A stretch of 64,000 bases of DNA from a virus, in the IMG/VR virus record IMGVR_UViG_3300042311_000577, positions 58,795 to 122,794 of that record; one strand, given 5' to 3'. Each line of letters opens with the position of its first letter. The first letter of the stretch is position 1. The notes under the pieces are model-generated. The model had not been told where the DNA came from. It saw only the letters and a list, made by a program, of their open reading frames with translations, and did not search any database. A program made the translations under genes and the position numbers. Below are positions 56,741 through 63,210 of this stretch, in pieces.

Positions 56741-57404
56741 ATCCTATAATTTTAATTTTCTCATCTCTTTCAACCAGTGCTTTATATAACTCTATATCTG
56801 TAGACCATTCTTTACCGGTCCAAAACTCAAACCCCAAATAGCTTCCTTTATAGAGACAGCATAACTCATAGCCTCCTAATAAATATACATACTCGCAACC
56901 TAAGATCTTGGCAGTTTCACATTCATAGTACTGAGCAACTGTACCCAGGGAAAGTTTTGGATCCTGATAATCCCATATAAACTGATATGCTACAAACTCT
57001 GTTTCAAACTGTCTATATAAACTAATACCTACCAGATGATCTGTCCAGTATTCTATAACTTGGCAATCTTTAAAAGACTCTAGTTTAATATCTCTTTTAA
57101 ACCCATGGTGATTACAGTACTTTTCATAGAGCTCAGTATAAGTTTCTTGATGTGCTAATACATCTCCTATGGCAACAGTAACTTTTTTAGATAATTTCTT
57201 TGTAGTCTTAGTGGGCCTATAAATACTTAGATTTAATCTGGTGCTCCGTTCATTATACCACTTACCCTCCCATGGTATCCATCCTTGGTGTAATGCATCT
57301 GTGGTAGATTCATCAGGATCAAGTATACCATAGGCTCCATTAACTATAACCTCTAGATCACTAACTTTACCAAAGCCTAAGATATGATCAAAGAATACTT
57401 TCAT
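56730..57404 (-). CDS. Aminoacyl-tRNA-protein transferase-like (ATE1/Bpt GNAT family), 224 aa
   Basis: ELYEKYC..H, LVGIS and WDYQDPKLSLGTVAQYYECETAKILGCEYVYL...LYK match the ATE_C pattern. Confidence 0.7.
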   Translation of the reverse strand: MKVFFDHILGFGKVSDLEVIVNGAYGILDPDESTTDALHQGWIPWEGKWYNERSTRLNLSIYRPTKTTKKLSKKVTVAIGDVLAHQETYTELYEKYCNHHGFKRDIKLESFKDCQVIEYWTDHLVGISLYRQFETEFVAYQFIWDYQDPKLSLGTVAQYYECETAKILGCEYVYLLGGYELCCLYKGSYLGFEFWTGKEWSTDIELYKALVERDEKIKIIGYDI

Positions 57405-57844
57405 TTTTTAAAGAACCCTTTCTTAGGTTGTTCTTTTTTATCAAACCCTAACTTTTCAACAATTTTGTTAGCTTGTTCTTCCGCATAACTAATTACCTCT
57501 TCTTCCTTATCCTTTATGTTCCAGTTATTTAGTAATATACTCATGTGCATAGTTTCATGCATAACAGCTGTAGCTTTCTCTGTAGAGGAATATTTTTCAA
57601 AAGGACCCATGTTCAAAAACAAGAATGGTTTATGCGGAGCTTTTGCTGTAAGCTTCTTATCTGCCGGATCATAGTTAGTCCAACCATAAATATAAACCCC
57701 ATTACCTACGGTCTTATCAACCTCTTCTGCTTGAGCATCTTTTCTATTTAACCCATGCATTTCTTCTACATCATAATAATCAAATATCTCGGTAGCATTT
57801 TTACCAACAAGGAGTACATACTCCCCCATGTCAATCTTTTTCAT
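57401..57844 (-). CDS. Small zincin-like metalloprotein (HExxH), 147 aa
   Basis: VMHETMH followed by EEEVI. Confidence 0.55.
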   Translation of the reverse strand: MKKIDMGEYVLLVGKNATEIFDYYDVEEMHGLNRKDAQAEEVDKTVGNGVYIYGWTNYDPADKKLTAKAPHKPFLFLNMGPFEKYSSTEKATAVMHETMHMSILLNNWNIKDKEEEVISYAEEQANKIVEKLGFDKKEQPKKGFFKK

Positions 57845-57853
57845 ACAGCTAAA

Positions 57854-58036
57854 TTAAACTTTATTTTTTATTTCTTCAGCCCAGGCCAGAACATAATCTT
57901 CTATGACCTTTTTATCTAGCTCGGGTACACTTGCTACTAAACTCTCTATACCATACATAACATTATCTGTGTCAGGTTCAGTAATGTTCTTAGACACTGA
58001 GTATGTCTTATCCTTTATCTTTAAACTAATCTCCAT
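57854..58036 (-). CDS. Hypothetical protein, 60 aa
   Basis: First gene of the minus arm, 4 nt downstream of the late-promoter motif. Confidence 0.55.
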   Translation of the reverse strand: MEISLKIKDKTYSVSKNITEPDTDNVMYGIESLVASVPELDKKVIEDYVLAWAEEIKNKV

Positions 58037-58047
58037 AATATAATATA

Positions 58048-58083
58048 CAAAAAAAACCCCAGACTTTTATATCCAGGGTTTTT
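58048..58083. terminator. Bidirectional terminator-like hairpin
   Basis: AAAAACCC...GGGTTTTT inverted repeat; a similar element lies at 56427-56456. Confidence 0.5.
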
Positions 58084-58188
58084 AAACAATAAATCTCTAA
58101 GTAATGATACTTAATAAATCTATACAAACATACAAACTTTTTTTAAAATAAAAAATTTTTCCTATAGGATTTTTATAACATATTAGAG

Positions 58189-58400
58189 ATGGTGTTGGGT
58201 CCTCACTACAAGGCCCCCCGGCCTCTCCGCTCGGCAGGGGTACCCCCTGGTCAAGCCAGCTGTCCAAATGAATTTGTCCATCTGTCTAAAAAAATTTTCC
58301 TGGCAGAAAATGTTTTTGTTAGCCTATGCCATGCTGTGCATGTCATGGCTACTGTCCTAGTCATGCTTCACATGACATATGACAGAGGGAGGGTCTAGCC
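58189..58400. other. GC-rich palindromic strand-switch region (origin or packaging-site candidate)
   Basis: AGGCC-CCCC-GGCCT and CAGGGG-TAC-CCCCTG hairpins, clustered CATG palindromes, and divergent transcription on either side. Confidence 0.45.
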
Positions 58401-58431
58401 CTTGTCATAATATAAAATAAAATTTTATCTT

Positions 58432-58662
58432 ATGAATAGTATTATCATTCGGGTTATATCTAACCCTCATTCTAAAACTAGTTGGATCATCTATCCCAAC
58501 GGCATGAAGCCTTTTGTGATAGCTAAATCCAAGGCCAAAAGCCTTAAGCCTAATAAGGCCTACCTTGTAGACCTTAAGTCTAAGACTTATGGCAATGGCA
58601 CCAAGACCTTTGTCTATGCAGTCAAAGTCCATGGTGAGCTAACAATAAAGAAGGGTAAATAA
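58432..58662 (+). CDS. Small basic early protein, 76 aa
   Basis: Lies between a TCTAGCCCTT motif (58394) and a terminator. Confidence 0.55.
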   Translation: MNSIIIRVISNPHSKTSWIIYPNGMKPFVIAKSKAKSLKPNKAYLVDLKSKTYGNGTKTFVYAVKVHGELTIKKGK

Positions 58663-58678
58663 CCCTTCTTTTTTTTTC
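58648..58678 (+). terminator. Intrinsic terminator
   Basis: AAGAAGGGT...ACCCTTCTT followed by a T-run. Confidence 0.75.
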
Positions 58679-58708
58679 CCTTCTTTTTCTAGCCCTTAAC
58701 TTAATTGG
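58674..58708 (+). promoter_or_regulatory. Repeated early promoter-like motif (TTTCCC-N7-TCTAGCCCTTA.CTT.ATT.G)
   Basis: Near-identical copy at 59325-59358; core TCTAGCCCTT also at 58394-58403. Confidence 0.6.
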
Positions 58709-58730
58709 TTAACCAATTAATTTATAATTT

Positions 58731-59264
58731 ATGCTTTCAGCAAAATTCCTTAAGATGGGCAAAGGCGGAGCCTTAGCCATCTATGAAGTTCGCGGAACTT
58801 CATCTGAGTTGTCTAATTTCATTAGCAACAATTTTAAAGATAGAGAACCTATCTTTAAAAGCACCATTGATGGGAAACCCATCAAAGATGCTAATGGAAA
58901 TAAAGTTCCACTTTATTTCACTTCTTACCCGTTGCCGGGCAAGAATATTTGGCACCCTTTGTACCAAGTCCAAATGGGTGACAATGCAGGTTCTTGGACT
59001 TTGGACAAGTCCGAACTGCAATTTGAGTCTCTTGTTGCCAAGAGCCAAGGCGCTGACTTAGGTCAGGCCATAGCAAGTGAACTTGCTAAGAAGTGGACTG
59101 CAAGCAGTGCCCCTGTATCTTCCTCTGCATCAAACATATTTGATGAAGATGAAGAAGATGATGCTGATGATGATAACATCACAGCAGAGTCTGCATCAGA
59201 AGATGCAAACATGGATGAACTTCAAGAAGTTGCATCCACAGCTAAGGCTTCAAAGAAGCCATAG
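58731..59264 (+). CDS. Candidate single-stranded DNA-binding protein, 177 aa
   Basis: Beta-rich N-terminus and a very acidic C-terminal tail (DEDEEDDADDD); has its own promoter and terminator. Confidence 0.45.
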   Translation: MLSAKFLKMGKGGALAIYEVRGTSSELSNFISNNFKDREPIFKSTIDGKPIKDANGNKVPLYFTSYPLPGKNIWHPLYQVQMGDNAGSWTLDKSELQFESLVAKSQGADLGQAIASELAKKWTASSAPVSSSASNIFDEDEEDDADDDNITAESASEDANMDELQEVASTAKASKKP

Positions 59265-59271
59265 CAAAATA

Positions 59272-59311
59272 ATAAGAGTAGCCACTAACGTGGTTACTCT
59301 TTTATTTTTTT
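59272..59311 (+). terminator. Intrinsic terminator
   Basis: AAGAGTAGCCAC/GTGGTTACTCTT stem followed by a T-run. Confidence 0.75.
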
Positions 59312-59736
59312 GATACCTGAAACATTTCCCTTTCTTTTCTAGCCCTTATCTTGATTTGCATTTGTATTCCTAATGGAATACTGCAAACCTGACAGTTGAT
59401 ATATTAAAATTTTCTACATAGAAAATATAAAGCAGCAGGCTACTTGCTACTTGCTACTTTCAGCTTTCATATTTCTACATTATAGTATTATTCACACTAT
59501 AATTTACACATCATGCATACTCACCCGGGAATGCTTGATACCTGCAGTATAGTAATTGTACATTACTTGTAAATTTCAAAGCTTATTTTATCTAAGCTTA
59601 TGTATGTTATTGTTATTGAGTATCACTCTCATACCAATACTATACTATCTATCTAGAAAACATATATACTATATAATACTTTAGTATTATTATATATTTT
59701 ATATAGCTAAACCTAGTAACCAATAAATATCAATAT

Positions 59737-60012
59737 ATGAAAACAAGAAACTATGATTTACTTGTTATAGGCATTATGATAGGAACATTAGCTACTGTTC
59801 TTATAGATGTACTATTATCTTTTGCTTTCTCTTTAGATAGAGAGAACAAGTCTCCGGAAAAATCCTACAAGGCTGTAGGTGGTAATATTGACATAGAATA
59901 TTACTTGGAAGTATCTGAAGACTCAATTTGGGTTGAAGGTGTACAATCTAAGAAAGTATACAGTGGTAAATACTCTGACTTGGATTCATTAATCAATGTA
60001 GATAACTTATAG
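59737..60012 (+). CDS. Membrane-anchored hypothetical protein, 91 aa
   Basis: N-terminal TM helix. Confidence 0.65.
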   Translation: MKTRNYDLLVIGIMIGTLATVLIDVLLSFAFSLDRENKSPEKSYKAVGGNIDIEYYLEVSEDSIWVEGVQSKKVYSGKYSDLDSLINVDNL

Positions 60013-60019
60013 TTATCTA

Positions 60020-60475
60020 TTCCTTACTGTTAGCAAACAGTGACAAACCTGTGGGGCTACTATTGGGTTCTATATTTCTCCTGCAAAGAGATTTATAGTG
60101 CTACATATCATTTGCAGTGATATAATCCAAAGTTAGTGCAGACTTAAAAATCAGGTATTTTACATATAGCATATTGATAAAGCTATATGAGTTTAATTTA
60201 AACTAGACAGTTTTATACACGGGAGCAATCTGGCAGTGTGATCCTGTTGACCACAGCAGTAATATGTGGTATGTCATTTATCTATTCTCCTACACAAGAT
60301 TCCACTTGGGAGAATACAGCTGACTGAAGTGGAATTCAGTTTTACTTACAAGAATAGAACTCAGCGGTTCTTACTATGATCTAGGAAATCATATGTGCTT
60401 GTATTTTATGTGTAATTGAGCACAACATTATTATCTAACTATGATCTAGTCCTGTGTACCTAGCACAGGCAAGTC
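60020..60475 (+). ncRNA. Candidate large structured ncRNA
   Basis: No ORF; more than ten pairable hairpins, several with GCA-ending loops, and a 9-bp pseudoknot pairing (60299-60307 with 60327-60335). Confidence 0.5.
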
Positions 60476-60499
60476 CTCAAATTAAAAAAATTAAAAGCT

Positions 60500-60736
60500 A
60501 TGATTTCAAATTCAATGATTGCAAACAGAGAGTACGTGGATACTTATATGCATTTTAACACTAAAATTACTGAAGAGTTGATTAAAACAGCTGAAAAACT
60601 ATTCAGAAGAGAACTAACTCCTCATCAAACTAGAGAGATTCATAAAATGGAACTCAAAGATAAGCAGTGGTTACTTAAACAGTATAAATCAGATATCAAG
60701 TTCACTAAAGAACCTGATCTTGATCATTTATACTAA
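60500..60736 (+). CDS. Hypothetical protein, 78 aa
   Basis: ORF with an A-rich leader. Confidence 0.6.
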   Translation: MISNSMIANREYVDTYMHFNTKITEELIKTAEKLFRRELTPHQTREIHKMELKDKQWLLKQYKSDIKFTKEPDLDHLY

Positions 60737-60742
60737 TGACCT

Positions 60743-60770
60743 TTCCTGAGCATGAATTAAAACTGCTCAT
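60743..60770 (+). ncRNA. Small H-type pseudoknot motif, copy 1
   Basis: TTC-CTGAGCAT-GAA...AAACTGCTCAT; second copy at 61883-61911. Confidence 0.5.
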
Positions 60771-60882
60771 TACTCTCATCCAAGCAGGATAAAGATATAA
60801 CCCCAAAATCATACTAGCATTAGTCATATGTACGAAGCAGGAACTTTGGGCAATCAAGGGTTGCAACCTTGTGAGAGTACTA
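60771..60882 (+). ncRNA. tRNA-like structured element (non-canonical)
   Basis: TACTCTCA/TGAGAGTA closing stem stacked on a CAAGG-GTTGCAA-CCTTG arm; no canonical T-loop or anticodon arm. Confidence 0.4.
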
Positions 60883-60886
60883 TTAA

Positions 60887-61054
60887 TGCACCATTCCTGA
60901 TTCCCAAGGTCAGGCAGTTGTAATGTACCTCATAGATGTTCATATGCATGAGGCAAATGACATACATCACTGGTTGATTGGACTATAAATCCATGATGTT
61001 AGAAAGTGTCAGATACGTAATAGTATAAGTACATTACAACTGAGTGCAGAGGGG
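60887..61054 (+). ncRNA. Candidate pseudoknotted multibranch ncRNA (~170 nt)
   Basis: TGCAC/GTGCA and CCTGAT/GTCAGG stems, a perfect 14-bp stem (60915-60928 with 61029-61042), and loop TCCC complementary to the 3' GGGG. Confidence 0.55.
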
Positions 61055-61100
61055 TAATTAACTTATAGAAACTTAATTAATAACTTAAAATTAAACTCAA

Positions 61101-61877
61101 ATGAAAATTCATTTACATTCAAAACAAGGTCTTTATGAAGTAGAGACCTATGGTAGAGAAACAATTACTTGTTCTACTAAGCATAACTTATTTCAAGTAC
61201 CAACTAGTGACTTCAAGTCATTTGCCGGTGGTAATTGGAACTTTAATATCAGCAAAGAAAAGATGGATTTATTTCTATCTGTTGTTCAACCTGAAAAATA
61301 TAAACTTCAAGTTGAGCAAGAAAATGAAATCATTACTCTTGCAGCAAGAATGGATATGATTAAAGAAGCTGTCAAAGCTTCATCTATACAATCTGTTGTT
61401 GAAGAAGAAGATGGTCCAACCAAAGAAGATTATGAAAAATGGTGGAGACAAGAATCTGATAAGAATTCTGAATTGAATAAAAAGATGAGAAAAATTGCTC
61501 ATGAAGTATATTCACAAAAACTTGATTTTAGCAACTTTCAGGTAACTAAAGGTATCAAGTTCATCATACAGCAGGATCATTATGATGATGATTCATATAG
61601 ATTCTGTTGGGATCCATATGGATTTGTATCTAATGGTCACAGTGATATCAGTAGTATTTTTTATGCTGATGATTATGGTACTGTTAGTGGTGGTTGGATC
61701 AAGATCTTTGAAGATAACGTGATTCTATACTACAAGTCAGGTGACTATGGAGTATATGATGATGCTATTGCTATGAAGTGTGCAAAGAAACTATTTCCTG
61801 GAAAGAATATACATTCTTATGCAGGAAGACAATGGGATGAAGAACTTGATAAAATGTTCTTTGATCTTCCATTCTAA
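61101..61877 (+). CDS. Protein with C-terminal Janus/Ocnus (PHPT1 phosphohistidine phosphatase)-like domain, 258 aa
   Basis: GHSDI...SGGWI...VILYYKSGDYG...AKKLFPGKNI parallels PHPT1 YHADI...GGGRI...IHVYGYSMAYG...IKAKYPDYEV. Confidence 0.5.
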   Translation: MKIHLHSKQGLYEVETYGRETITCSTKHNLFQVPTSDFKSFAGGNWNFNISKEKMDLFLSVVQPEKYKLQVEQENEIITLAARMDMIKEAVKASSIQSVVEEEDGPTKEDYEKWWRQESDKNSELNKKMRKIAHEVYSQKLDFSNFQVTKGIKFIIQQDHYDDDSYRFCWDPYGFVSNGHSDISSIFYADDYGTVSGGWIKIFEDNVILYYKSGDYGVYDDAIAMKCAKKLFPGKNIHSYAGRQWDEELDKMFFDLPF

Positions 61878-61882
61878 CTAGA

Positions 61883-61911
61883 TGTCCTGAGCAGGACAAT
61901 AAACTGCTCAT
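61883..61911 (+). ncRNA. Small H-type pseudoknot motif, copy 2
   Basis: TGTCC-TGAGCA-GGACA hairpin whose loop is complementary to TGCTCA at 61905-61910. Confidence 0.55.
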
Positions 61912-61955
61912 TTACTTAAAAATTAATTCAAAAATCAATTTAAAACAAAAAGCAA

Positions 61956-62867
61956 ATGAGAAATTTAGCAAACAAAGGGTTGAGCATGTCCCAAGCACAA
62001 AGTATTAGTAATCTTTGTAATCAAAATGCACAAGAAATCCAAAGAGAATTGGATTCTTACAACAACTGTAGTAAATCTATTACAGTTGAAGGTCAGGTAT
62101 ATTCATTACAAGATGGAGCACCTATGCCGGATAACATCCTTGACTTATTGAAGAATAAGGGTGACTTGCATGCTTGTCAGGCTTTCTTGATGGAATCAAT
62201 CAAGAGCAAAGATGCTGAACTTTCTAGACTTAAGTATAGTCAACCTGATTTATCTCACTTAGTTAAACCTGAGAGAGAGTTAGTAGATGACTATAAGATA
62301 GAAGATGGTGTTGATGAATCATGGGGTTGGTCTCAATTATCTGATTCTTTATATGCTGAATACTTACAAGCTGAAGCAATGGCTTCACACTTGGGTCAAT
62401 TCATCCATAAAAGTGGTAAACTAACTCAATTGAGAAAGGAATTACCAAATACTCCTAGTATTGAGTGGTTTGAAGTTGAACAAGGTAAGAAGACACCAGT
62501 GAAGGTGACTAAGCATCATTTAGCTCCTGTCTTAATGAGTATTCATGAAGACATTGCTGAACAGCATAGAGTCTATGAGCAGAAAGTAAATTACTTTAAA
62601 GCCAAAGTTAAAAACTTGGTGAGTGATGAAAATGCTAGAATCCAAAGAGTTAATGCTGATAAAGCTGCTGAGTACTTAAAGCTTGAGAAAGAAGCTCATG
62701 AGAAGTATCAGTTATCAATGGATGCATACAATGGTGAAGTTCTTAGACTTACTATGGAGTTTAATTCTCAGAGAGAGTTAGACATCAAAAATACTGCAGC
62801 ATTGAGAATCAATGTTGATCCTAGATTTCAGCATGTAATTGACATGTTCATTGCACCTGAAAAATAG
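61956..62867 (+). CDS. Helical/coiled-coil protein of unknown function, 303 aa
   Basis: Long ORF with an A-rich leader; GLSMSQAQSISNLCNQ start; heptad-rich C-terminal half. Confidence 0.8.
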   Translation: MRNLANKGLSMSQAQSISNLCNQNAQEIQRELDSYNNCSKSITVEGQVYSLQDGAPMPDNILDLLKNKGDLHACQAFLMESIKSKDAELSRLKYSQPDLSHLVKPERELVDDYKIEDGVDESWGWSQLSDSLYAEYLQAEAMASHLGQFIHKSGKLTQLRKELPNTPSIEWFEVEQGKKTPVKVTKHHLAPVLMSIHEDIAEQHRVYEQKVNYFKAKVKNLVSDENARIQRVNADKAAEYLKLEKEAHEKYQLSMDAYNGEVLRLTMEFNSQRELDIKNTAALRINVDPRFQHVIDMFIAPEK

Positions 62868-62876
62868 TGAACTAAT

Positions 62877-63182
62877 TAGGTGAGTAAGAGATAAGCACAA
62901 GCTGATTCTCTTACTCTTTATACCTAGTGACAGAAATTTAGATAAAATTCAATGGTTGATAACCATTATAACATTATGGAATGTACTTTTAATACATAAA
63001 CCCAGAAACCGCTTCTCTTCAAAACTTATAAAACTGAGATAGAACTCACCGTTAGACAGGTTACTGCATCATAGATATGCTGTTGGCTAACATTGAGACT
63101 TGGTATTTGTATTTGCCTTTGTAGAAGAGAAGGTCTTTGAATTTGTATTTGAATTGGACTTTAGCTATATATTTCTGTCACT
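62877..63182 (+). ncRNA. Candidate structured ncRNA with hexamer-periodic tracts
   Basis: 10-bp hairpin (62882-62891/62907-62916), 12-bp closing stem (62926-62937/63171-63182), 9-bp inner stem (63012-63020/63124-63132), and GNNTT(T/G) repeats at 63097-63162. Confidence 0.6.
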
Positions 63183-63210
63183 CGGTAACTATTTACTTAA
63201 AAATTATTCT

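Noticed and set aside
228-57751. Many short plus-strand ORFs, and short alternative-frame minus-strand ORFs, within the structural arm
   Set aside because: They lie antisense to or inside long, tightly coupled minus-strand genes and show no recognisable motifs, so they are treated as shadow ORFs.
58189-58632. ORFs 58189-58398 (+) and 58405-58632 (-)
   Set aside because: The first spans the GC-rich palindromes and has atypical composition. The second is antisense to the better-supported 58432-58662 gene, which has its own promoter-like motif and terminator.
60771-60882. Canonical tRNA gene
   Set aside because: It lacks the TTCG T-loop, the conserved D-loop pattern and a 7-nt anticodon loop, so it is kept only as tRNA-like.
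62877-63182. Retron msr-msd or CRISPR array
   Set aside because: The adjacent proteins show no RT motifs (no YADD-like motif), and the repeats are 6-nt degenerate units without spacers.
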